Positions 1 to 6,416 of a DNA stretch of 10,676 nucleotides are shown here, one piece after another (positions within the stretch are counted from its first letter, which is position 1; the number at the start of each line of letters is the position of its first letter). The translations under genes and the position numbers were made by a program. This DNA comes from Candidatus Nanopusillus sp. (GTDB lineage Archaea > Nanobdellota > Nanobdellia > Nanobdellales > Nanobdellaceae). The notes beneath the pieces are model-generated. The model was not told the origin of the DNA, searched no databases, and worked only from the letters and a program-made list of their open reading frames with translations. Location: NCBI GenBank assembly GCA_028276785.1, contig JAPYVP010000019.1, forward strand, positions 1-10,676, given 5' to 3'.

Positions 1-558
1 TTCTTTTAAATATTTTATTATTTCTTCATTAAAAGAGGGCTTTTTAATTTCATTACCATTTTCTAAAAATCCTCTTAAAGACTCTCTTTTTTCTTTTACT
101 AAATTTGCAAGTCCTTTATCTTTTGATAATAAAAATTCATAAAAATTAAAAGGATATAAAGTAAATAACATTAATCTTCCAACCAAATCTGGAAGTATTT
201 TTGTATTAATTTCCAGTGTTGAAGATCCAGATATAAAAATTTTAATATCGTTAAAATTATCATATATTATTTTTAATATTTTTCCACCATCCTTTAATTT
301 TTGAATCTCATCTAAAAAAAGAAATAATTTCTTATCATTTTTATATCTTTTAATAAAATCTATATAATTTTCTTCAAAATTTTTTCTATACTCATCTATA
401 TACATATCAATATATACTTTATTTTCATTGATTTTTTCGTAAATATTTTTTAATAATGTTGTTTTTCCAGCTTGTCTAGGTCCTCTTATTCCAATTATTT
501 CTTTTCTTTCGATAAATTTATTTATTTTTTCTTCTATTTCTCTATTTATATATGACAT
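1..558 (-). CDS. AAA+ ATPase of the COG1373-like type (AAA_14 plus DUF4143). Only the N-terminal 186 aa are present; the 3' end runs off the window.
   Basis: Not in the supplied ORF track because no stop lies inside the window. Reverse-complement translation from the ATG (complement of 556-558) stays open to position 1. It reads MSYINREIEEKINKFIERKEIIGIRGPRQAGKTTLLKNIYEK...KKLFLFLDEIQKLKDGGKILKIIYDNFNDIKIFISGSSTLEI...LVGRLMLFTLYPFNFYEFL. Walker A is GPRQAGKTT and Walker B is LFLFLDEIQ. The ISGSS and (L)YPF.F.EFL blocks are typical of this archaeal ATPase family. Confidence 0.8.
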   Translation of the reverse strand, partial: MSYINREIEEKINKFIERKEIIGIRGPRQAGKTTLLKNIYEKINENKVYIDMYIDEYRKNFEENYIDFIKRYKNDKKLFLFLDEIQKLKDGGKILKIIYDNFNDIKIFISGSSTLEINTKILPDLVGRLMLFTLYPFNFYEFLLSKDKGLANLVKEKRESLRGFLENGNEIKKPSFNEEIIKYLKE

Positions 559-607
559 AATAACTCTATTATTTTTTCAATCTTTATAAAAATAACTCTA
601 TTATTTT
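559..607 (+). repeat. Two perfect 17-bp direct repeats, AATAACTCTATTATTTT, at 559-575 and 591-607 (32-bp period). A degenerate third copy, AATAACTATAATTT, lies at 649-662.
   Basis: Read directly from the sequence. Copy 1 abuts the ATPase start codon, copy 3 abuts the AOR start codon, and copies 1 and 2 flank TTTATAAA at 583-590. Confidence 0.9.
583..590. promoter_or_regulatory. Palindromic TATA-box candidate TTTATAAA for the minus-strand ATPase gene
   Basis: It lies 25-32 nt upstream of the ATPase ATG at 558. This is the spacing expected for an archaeal TATA box driving a leaderless mRNA. The same octamer occurs at equivalent distances from two other start codons in this window. Confidence 0.45.
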
Positions 608-662
608 ATCAAACATAATTTAAAATATTAAATATTTTTAAGTATGAAAATAACTATAATTT

Positions 663-2567
663 ATGGTTTATGGATATATGGGAAAGATTTTAAGAGTGAA
701 TTTAACCGAGGAGAAAGTTTCTATAGAACCTTTACCTTCAGAAGATATATTAAGAAAATGGTTGGGGGGTAGAGGGATTGGTACATATTATATAATAAAG
801 GAAGTACCACCCAACATAGATCCTTTAAGTCCTGAAAACAAATTAATTATTGCTACAGGACCTGTAACTGGAATTGCTGGAATTCCAACTGCTGGAAGAT
901 GGTCTATTATTACAAAATCTCCAATAACAAACACAATTTATGAAGGAAATGCTGGAGGTAAATTTGGTGCAGAATTAAAATTCTCAGGTTTTGATTTTAT
1001 AATAATTGAAGGAAAAGCAAATAGGCCGGTATATTTATGGATATATAACGGAAAAGCAGAAATAAGAGATGCAAAACATCTATGGGGAAAAACAGTTTAC
1101 CAAACTGTAGATTTAATCAGAGAGGAATTATCATCAATTGTAGGAAAAGATGATGCAAAAAATATTAAGGTAATTAGCATAGGACCTGCGGGTGAGAAAT
1201 TAATTAAAATAGCAGCAGTAATGGAAGATAAAGGAAAAGGTGCTGTTGGAAGGGGTGGAATTGCAGCAGTATTTGGAAGTAAGAATTTAAAGGCAATTGC
1301 TGTAAGGGGAAATTTAAAACCACAAATTGCAAATCCAGAAAAATTTAGAGAAGTTATCTTAAAATCTTCACAATTTGTAAGAAATTCTGCTATTACATCT
1401 ACAATATTGCCAAAATATGGGACTGCAGGATTCTTAGCGAAGGCTTTGGGGGAAAAGGGTATGATACCTGTAAAAAATTATCAAACAAATGTATTTCCAG
1501 ATTTTAGTAAATTATCTGGAGAAACTATTGTAAAAGAATATTTGGATCAAGAAAAAACAAGAGAATCAATATGCTGGGGATGTCCAATAACATGTAAAAA
1601 ATATACAAAGGTCGATAAACCATTATTTGGTACAGAAGGAGACGGTCCAGAATATATGGGTATATGGGGATTTGGATATAATCTAAATAATGACAATTTA
1701 CCTTCTGTTCTAAGAGCTTATCATTTATGTAATGAATTAGGTTTAGATATAGTTGGAACAGGTCATGTCATTGGAACATTTATTGAATTGGTTGAAAAGG
1801 GAAAAATACCAAAAGAAAAGTTAGAAGGATTAAAAGTTAGTTGGGGAGATCCTGAATTAATTATTGAATTAATATATAGAATTGCAAATAGAATTGGAAT
1901 TGGGGATGATTTATCAGAAGGTACGAAAGAATTTGCAAAAAAATATAATTCGGAAGAATATGCAATGGTAAATAAAAGAGGAATGCCTTTATTTGGTTTT
2001 GATCCTAGGGGAGCACAAGGTTATGGATTATGGTATGCAACAAGTAATACAGGTGATTATGACCAACTTGGATTATTTAAAGAAGTTACAGAACCAACAT
2101 ATTTAGGAAATAATAGTATTAATAGATTTGAAACAAAAGGAAAGGGAGAATTGATAAAAAAAGAACAAGATTTGGCTGCAGTAATTGATAGTATGATTGT
2201 ATGTAGATTTTCAAGATATGCATTGAATGAGGAGATATATGCTGAACAATTATCTTCAATTACTGGATGGGATGTTGGTTCTCAAGAATTATTAAAAATT
2301 GGGGAAAGAATATGGAATGCAGAAAGAGTATATAATATTTTGGTATTTGGAGATAGTTCAGAATATGATAATTTACCAAAAAGGTTTTTAGAGGAACCAT
2401 TTAAAGAAGGACCTTCTGCAGGTCATGTAGTAAAAATTAGTGAAATGTTACCAGAATATTATAAGGTAAGGGGTTGGGTAAATGGAAGACCTACAAGAGA
2501 AAAGTTAGAAGAATTGGATTTAAAATGGCTAGCAGATATTTTAGAGGAAAATCGTTTATTACCTTAA
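663..2567 (+). CDS. aor: Tungsten-containing aldehyde:ferredoxin oxidoreductase family protein (AOR type)
   Basis: 634 aa. The N-terminus MVYGYMGKILRVNLT resembles the AOR consensus M.G..GK.LRVNL. Other family blocks are LSPENKLIIATGP, GRGG.AAVFGSKNLKAIAV and KYGTAG. The 4Fe-4S ligand pattern CxxCxxxC is present as CWGCPITC, with a fourth Cys in DSMIVCRFS. C-terminal blocks IGERIWNAERVYN, LPKRFLEEP and YYKVRGW are present. Confidence 0.95.
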   Translation: MVYGYMGKILRVNLTEEKVSIEPLPSEDILRKWLGGRGIGTYYIIKEVPPNIDPLSPENKLIIATGPVTGIAGIPTAGRWSIITKSPITNTIYEGNAGGKFGAELKFSGFDFIIIEGKANRPVYLWIYNGKAEIRDAKHLWGKTVYQTVDLIREELSSIVGKDDAKNIKVISIGPAGEKLIKIAAVMEDKGKGAVGRGGIAAVFGSKNLKAIAVRGNLKPQIANPEKFREVILKSSQFVRNSAITSTILPKYGTAGFLAKALGEKGMIPVKNYQTNVFPDFSKLSGETIVKEYLDQEKTRESICWGCPITCKKYTKVDKPLFGTEGDGPEYMGIWGFGYNLNNDNLPSVLRAYHLCNELGLDIVGTGHVIGTFIELVEKGKIPKEKLEGLKVSWGDPELIIELIYRIANRIGIGDDLSEGTKEFAKKYNSEEYAMVNKRGMPLFGFDPRGAQGYGLWYATSNTGDYDQLGLFKEVTEPTYLGNNSINRFETKGKGELIKKEQDLAAVIDSMIVCRFSRYALNEEIYAEQLSSITGWDVGSQELLKIGERIWNAERVYNILVFGDSSEYDNLPKRFLEEPFKEGPSAGHVVKISEMLPEYYKVRGWVNGRPTREKLEELDLKWLADILEENRLLP

Positions 2568-2579
2568 TTTTTAAAAATT
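2566..2579. terminator. Back-to-back oligo-T tracts forming the 14-bp palindrome AATTTTTAAAAATT between two convergent genes
   Basis: T5 on the plus strand (2568-2572) starts immediately after the AOR stop codon. T5 on the minus strand (complement of 2573-2577) lies downstream of the 64-aa gene. Oligo-T runs are the known archaeal termination signal. The assignment is positional only. Confidence 0.3.
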
Positions 2580-2604
2580 TAAATTAAATAAAAACCTTAA
2601 ATTT

Positions 2605-2799
2605 TTATGCTTGTAATTTATCTCCCACTTTCTTTATCGATCCTTCCCTTGATAATCTTGATACTAATGCTTTTATAACTCTAACTCTTGTTCTTGGTCT
2701 TTTAGATTTTACTGCTTTTATTACTTCATCAAGTGTCTTTGGAGTTTTTAATAATTCCAATAAAAGCTCCTTTAGTGTTTTTCTTTTTCTAACTGCCAT
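2605..2799 (-). CDS. Small (64 aa), highly basic hypothetical protein with a helix-turn-helix or winged-helix-like pattern
   Basis: 20 of 64 residues are K or R, and 6 are D or E. The amphipathic segments LKELLLELL, TLDEVIKAV and RVRVIKALVSRLSREG are followed by SIKKVGDK, resembling H1-H2-H3 plus a wing. TTTATAAA at 2822-2829 lies 23-30 nt upstream of the ATG. The ORF is visibly less AT-rich than the flanking spacers. I did not recognise a family. Confidence 0.6.
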   Translation of the reverse strand: MAVRKRKTLKELLLELLKTPKTLDEVIKAVKSKRPRTRVRVIKALVSRLSREGSIKKVGDKLQA

Positions 2800-2821
2800 A
2801 TATTAATATTGTTAATATTAA

Positions 2822-2829
2822 TTTATAAA
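2822..2829. promoter_or_regulatory. Palindromic TATA-box candidate TTTATAAA for the minus-strand 64-aa gene
   Basis: It lies 23-30 nt upstream of the ATG at 2799. The divergent GTPase gene has its own TTTTATATTT at 2860-2869, 20-29 nt upstream of its ATG at 2889. Confidence 0.4.
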
Positions 2830-2888
2830 TTTATATCAACAATTTTTAAAAATATATTATTTTATATTTCTGCAAAATATTTTATATT

Positions 2889-3623
2889 ATGAATAATAAA
2901 ATAAAAGAACTAATAAATAAATCTAATATACTGCTTGAAATATTGGATGCAAGGTTCCCGAAATTATGTAGAATAAAATATATAGAAAGATATATAAAAG
3001 ATAAAAATAAAGACCTAATATTGGTTTTAAATAAATCCGACCTGGTAAGTGAAGATTTTTTAAAGAAAGTGGTGGAAGAATTTAGCAAGGAATATATAAC
3101 GGTATATATATCTGCAATATATAGAAAAGGAAGTAGAAAATTAAGGAAAACAATTAAAAAAGTTGGAAAAAAATATGAAAAGGCGTATATTGGGATATTT
3201 GGATATCCAAATACTGGAAAATCTTCAATAATAAATGTATTAGTTGGAAGAAGAAGTGCTGGTACATCTCCAAAACCAGGATTTACAAGACATTTACAAA
3301 TAATTAGATTATCTAGAAAATATTATTTAATAGATTCTCCAGGTATTGTTGAGACAAAGAACAAATATCTATTGACAATTTTGGGGGCATATGATGTAGA
3401 TAAATTAGAACATCCAGAAAAGGCAGTTTTTTATTTATATAAAAAGATAGGTAAAAAACCATTTGAAGAATATTATAATATAAATATAGAAAGTATAAAA
3501 GATCTATTTATTAAATTAAGGGAAAAGTATAATATAAAAAAAGATTCTGATTGGATAAAGAGAGTTTCAAAGATTATATTATATGATTGGCAAAAAGGAA
3601 AAATAAGAGCTTTTTTTCTTTAA
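2889..3623 (+). CDS. Circularly permuted GTPase of the YlqF/RbgA/MJ1464-like ribosome-biogenesis family
   Basis: The G motifs are in permuted order. G4 is VLNKSDL and G5 is ISA. G1 is GYPNTGKSSIIN, G2 is PGFTRH and G3 is LIDSPGI. The N-terminal LLEILDARFP block is typical of YlqF-type proteins. Confidence 0.9.
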   Translation: MNNKIKELINKSNILLEILDARFPKLCRIKYIERYIKDKNKDLILVLNKSDLVSEDFLKKVVEEFSKEYITVYISAIYRKGSRKLRKTIKKVGKKYEKAYIGIFGYPNTGKSSIINVLVGRRSAGTSPKPGFTRHLQIIRLSRKYYLIDSPGIVETKNKYLLTILGAYDVDKLEHPEKAVFYLYKKIGKKPFEEYYNINIESIKDLFIKLREKYNIKKDSDWIKRVSKIILYDWQKGKIRAFFL

Positions 3624-3675
3624 CCGCGGTATCACCAGCCTCATACTCGGAATCCCTCATTGATTAGGAGGTGCG
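3624..3675 (+). other. GC-rich island (29 of 52 nt are G or C) of unknown nature, starting immediately after the GTPase stop codon. It may be a structured RNA or 3'-UTR element.
   Basis: The sequence is CCGCGGTATCACCAGCCTCATACTCGGAATCCCTCATTGATTAGGAGGTGCG. This composition contrasts sharply with all other spacers in the window. It contains CCGCGG, two CCTC tetramers (3639-3642 and 3655-3658) that can pair with GAGG at 3668-3671, and AGGAGGTG at 3666-3673. A T5 run follows at 3690-3694. Confidence 0.3.
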
Positions 3676-3713
3676 ATAATTATTATATATTTTTAGAAAT
3701 TATAAAATTATAT

Positions 3714-3762
3714 ATGAAGAAATCGATGTCGACTGAAAGATGATGAAAAGAGGGTATTCAGA
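3714..3762 (+). ncRNA. Candidate archaeal box C/D sRNA (2'-O-methylation guide)
   Basis: The C box is ATGAAGA (3714-3720), followed by the 12-nt guide AATCGATGTCGA (3721-3732). D' is CTGA (3733-3736) and the loop is AAG (3737-3739). C' is ATGATGA (3740-3746), followed by the 12-nt guide AAAGAGGGTATT (3747-3758). The D box is CAGA (3759-3762). The spacing is exactly 12/3/12. D' and C' are canonical, while C and D each deviate at one position. An AT-rich TATA-like run lies at 3679-3696. Confidence 0.45.
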
Positions 3763-4704
3763 TCATAGAAATTCAGATATAATTATTGGCAATATAATTG
3801 TTATATCACCCCATATATTTACATGTTTTGCATTTTTTCTAATTTTTTTCCACGATATGGCCTCTTTTGTCTTTGCTCCAGATAAACTTCCATCTAATTC
3901 ATTTGCAGAACTAATATATACTGCATATTCTAATCCTCCAGAAAATTGGGCCCACCATATTGTATGATGTTTTGAAATCCCACCACCTAAAATCAAAGCC
4001 CCCACTTTCTTTTCTCCAAAGAATTTTGATGCTAGAAATTTTTCATCTTCCCATACGGATACTTGTATTTCTGGATAATCATATTCTTTCATCAATATCT
4101 GTGTTCCAACTGCACCATCTGTAATTCCAGGTACAATTATTGGTATTTTATTTTTATATGACCAGTATATTATACTTTCTTCCTTTTTATCAAAATTTTC
4201 CAATCTTTTTCCAATTTCAAATATTAATTCATATGTAGATATTAAATTCTTATTTTTATTTTTTAATTCTCTAAATATGTCATCTAAAATTGGTCTTAAT
4301 GTATTTTCAATTGCTATACCATAATTTTCTTCTGGTATATAAATATTTCCTAGCCTTAGTATTCCTTCTTCTCTTAATTTTACATCGTCAGAATCAAAAT
4401 ATCCTAAATAATAGTCTTTTGTCAATCTTGCAATATCATGATCCAATGTTCCAGCCGTTGTAATAATTATGTCAAATAATTTATTTTTAATAATATCTTT
4501 AATTATGCCTCTTATTCCAGTTGCAACAATATCTGCAGGAAAACTTAATACTTTAATTGTATTCTTATCGTTTAACATTTCTTTTAATATTTCATATCCT
4601 CTATATAATTCTTGTGCTTGAAATCCTCCAACATATTTAAATTGTTCAATTAAATCCCTTATTTTCATATCTTTATTTATTTTTAAATCTCTTACAGGAT
4701 CCAT
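3763..4704 (-). CDS. dys: Deoxyhypusine synthase
   Basis: 313 aa. Family blocks are GGFQA.EL, FPADIVATG.RG, IITTAGTLDHD, ILGGGISKHH, and the C-terminal DGSLSGAKTKEAISWKKI region, which corresponds to the segment carrying the catalytic lysine in characterised enzymes. Confidence 0.93.
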   Translation of the reverse strand: MDPVRDLKINKDMKIRDLIEQFKYVGGFQAQELYRGYEILKEMLNDKNTIKVLSFPADIVATGIRGIIKDIIKNKLFDIIITTAGTLDHDIARLTKDYYLGYFDSDDVKLREEGILRLGNIYIPEENYGIAIENTLRPILDDIFRELKNKNKNLISTYELIFEIGKRLENFDKKEESIIYWSYKNKIPIIVPGITDGAVGTQILMKEYDYPEIQVSVWEDEKFLASKFFGEKKVGALILGGGISKHHTIWWAQFSGGLEYAVYISSANELDGSLSGAKTKEAISWKKIRKNAKHVNIWGDITIILPIIISEFL

Positions 4705-4732
4705 TTATAAAGTTTATATAAAAAATTTTAAA
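4705..4732. promoter_or_regulatory. 28-bp head-to-head spacer holding interleaved promoters for dys (minus) and the tRNA-binding protein gene (plus)
   Basis: The spacer is TTATAAAGTTTATATAAAAAATTTTAAA. TTTATAAA (4704-4711) overlaps the last base of the dys start codon and lies 22-29 nt upstream of the ATG at 4733. On the other strand, ATTTTAAA (complement of 4727-4734) lies 23-30 nt upstream of the dys ATG. Confidence 0.4.
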
Positions 4733-5062
4733 ATGGATTATATAACAATAGATGAATTTTCAAAAATAAAATTAGTTGTTGGAAAGATTATAGATGTAAA
4801 GGATCATCCAAATGCGGATAGATTATATATATTAAAAGTTGATTTAGGAAATGAAGTAAGACAAATTGTATCGGGAATAAAACAATGGTATAAAAAGGAA
4901 GAATTATTAAATAAAAAGATAATAATTGTTTATAATTTACAGCCAAAAAATTTTAGAGGAGTAGAGTCTCAAGGAATGTTGCTGGCTGCTGAGGATGGAA
5001 ATGGTAATCTATCATTATTAACTGTTGATAAAGATATAAAAGAAGGGTCCTATGTACATTAA
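4733..5062 (+). CDS. Stand-alone tRNA-binding domain protein (Trbp111 / CsaA / MetRS C-terminal-domain-like OB fold)
   Basis: 109 aa. The blocks F.K..L.VGKI..V..HPNADRLY.L.VD.G, R.IVSG, NL.P...RGV.S.GMLLAA are the pattern of the EMAP-II/Trbp111 tRNA-binding domain. Confidence 0.85.
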   Translation: MDYITIDEFSKIKLVVGKIIDVKDHPNADRLYILKVDLGNEVRQIVSGIKQWYKKEELLNKKIIIVYNLQPKNFRGVESQGMLLAAEDGNGNLSLLTVDKDIKEGSYVH

Positions 5063-5071
5063 GAAAAATTC

Positions 5072-6352
5072 TCAATCCTTATTAAAGTTAAATAGTTCGT
5101 AATGGCTTTTTTTACTTATTTCTCCAGCAATGTTTGTTAAAAACATTTTTTTAGCTTCATCATAATTTTCTGTATGTCCCAAAACATACATTAATTTTAC
5201 ATATGCCGTTTCTGGATGCATATCTTCTGCATATATAACTCCCAAATTATATAATAATCTTGCATTACTATATACAAAAGGATTAGTTCTTCCAAATATT
5301 GTTTGAGATGTCATAACAAATATTGTACCTTTTTCTATTCCATATTTTATATTTTCAATCCATGAATATTTTATATCTACAGGATTTGTTGGTACATGTC
5401 CAAAACCAGTCCCTTCTATTACTATTCCTTTATAATTTTTGTCTACATAATATTTTATTATATCTGGATCTGAACCAGGATATACTTTTATCAATGCAAC
5501 TTTTTTACATATTTTATCATCTAAATATGGATTATTATTGTTTCTTTTTCTGTAATTACCATCAATTATTTCTATATTTTTATTATATGGAAATATCTTC
5601 GCCAATGGTAAAGAATTTATTGATTGAAAAGCATCTCTTCTTTCAGTATGCATTTTTCTAACTTTTGTTCCTCTATGTGCATATGAAAAATTATCAGAAC
5701 TACTCCCATGCATTACAACTGCTATTTCTGCTATATCAGAATTATCATACATGGCAGAGGATAATAGATTAAAAAAAGCATCTGAAGATGGTCTATCAGA
5801 AGATCTTTGTGATCCAGTAATTGAAACTGGTTTATTTAAATCTTTTATAATAAAAGATAATGCTGCTGATGTATAATGCATTGTATCAGTTCCATGTAAT
5901 ATTGTTACCCCATTTACATCATCATTTAATAATCTAACCAATATTCTTCCAATTTCTATCCAATTATCCGGTATCATATCTTCTGAAGCAATCGAAAATG
6001 GTATTTCTATATTTTTAATTTCAACATAATCTAGTAAATCTGGTGCAAGATCAATCAGTTCTTCTGGTTTAGTTAACATATGGACCCCGCCAGTTCTATA
6101 ATCTATTTTTGATAATATTGTTCCGCCAGTAGCCAATATTGATATTTTATTATTTTTATTTTCTAGCTTTTTATATTCTTTATTTTCATATTTTGATTTT
6201 ATTTCTTCTTTATTTAATTCTAAAATGTCATCATTTCTTATTCCAATGTTATAACCATTCTTTAATTTTATTATAATAAATTCTGATGTTTCATTTACTA
6301 AATAACCTTCAAATATTTTGTTATCTTTTGTTTTTACTTTTGCATATTTCAT
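5072..6352 (-). CDS. gatD: Glutamyl-tRNA(Gln) amidotransferase subunit D
   Basis: 426 aa. An N-terminal beta domain of about 65 aa is followed by an asparaginase-like domain. Its motifs are ILATGGTI, TILHGTDTMHYT, ITGSQRSSDRPSSDA and IVIEGTGFGHVP. This is the archaeal GatD architecture. No gatE lies adjacent. Confidence 0.95.
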   Translation of the reverse strand: MKYAKVKTKDNKIFEGYLVNETSEFIIIKLKNGYNIGIRNDDILELNKEEIKSKYENKEYKKLENKNNKISILATGGTILSKIDYRTGGVHMLTKPEELIDLAPDLLDYVEIKNIEIPFSIASEDMIPDNWIEIGRILVRLLNDDVNGVTILHGTDTMHYTSAALSFIIKDLNKPVSITGSQRSSDRPSSDAFFNLLSSAMYDNSDIAEIAVVMHGSSSDNFSYAHRGTKVRKMHTERRDAFQSINSLPLAKIFPYNKNIEIIDGNYRKRNNNNPYLDDKICKKVALIKVYPGSDPDIIKYYVDKNYKGIVIEGTGFGHVPTNPVDIKYSWIENIKYGIEKGTIFVMTSQTIFGRTNPFVYSNARLLYNLGVIYAEDMHPETAYVKLMYVLGHTENYDEAKKMFLTNIAGEISKKSHYELFNFNKD

Positions 6353-6416
6353 AAAAAGATTTTATGTAAAAAATATTTTAACTTTTTTGCTATAGGAGAA
6401 TAATAATTAATAGAAA

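Noticed and set aside
2800-2888. TTAATATT-G-TTAATATTAA direct repeat and other small palindromes in the divergent spacer between the 64-aa gene and the GTPase gene
   Set aside because: The repeats are short and made only of A and T. Such matches are expected by chance in DNA this AT-rich, and there is no longer or spaced repeat comparable to the 17-mer at 559-607.
2882-3088. 68-aa minus-strand ORF from the ORF track
   Set aside because: It is entirely antisense to the well-supported GTPase gene. Its sequence is low-complexity and rich in S, F, L and I, typical of the antisense frame of AT-rich coding DNA. It has no promoter or motif support.
3666-3673. AGGAGGTG as a genuine ribosome-binding site for a small ORF
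   Set aside because: No ATG, GTG or TTG lies at a usable distance. The GTG inside the motif is followed by CGA TAA, and the other genes in the window lack an SD altogether.
3624-3680. The GC-rich island as a tRNA, a split-tRNA half or an integration-site tRNA fragment
   Set aside because: I checked both strands. There is no GTTC(R)A T-loop with a matching 5-bp stem and no anticodon arm with U33. Only a weak D-arm-like GUAU/AUAC pairing appears on the minus strand, and no acceptor stem closes it.
3621-3743. Possible stop-codon read-through of the GTPase gene; the frame stays open for 39 codons after the TAA until the TGA at 3741-3743
   Set aside because: The extension (PRYHQPHTRNPSLIRRCDNYYIFLEIIKLYMKKSMSTER) has an abrupt composition shift and no GTPase-family features. 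The GTPase already ends at a plausible C-terminus, and an open run of this length is not compelling on its own.
3740-3967. 75-aa plus-strand ORF from the ORF track
   Set aside because: It is antisense to the 3' end of deoxyhypusine synthase, has no recognisable motifs, and its start overlaps the C' box of the sRNA candidate.
5063-5071. 9-bp gap between the convergent stop codons of the tRNA-binding protein gene and gatD, examined for a shared terminator or regulatory hairpin
   Set aside because: The gap GAAAAATTC is too short for any structure. It is most simply a consequence of genome compaction, with overlapping 3' ends possible but not demonstrable from sequence.
5323-5661. 112-aa plus-strand ORF from the ORF track
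   Set aside because: It is antisense to gatD. Its L/F/Y-rich, low-complexity translation looks like an artefact of AT-rich antisense sequence.
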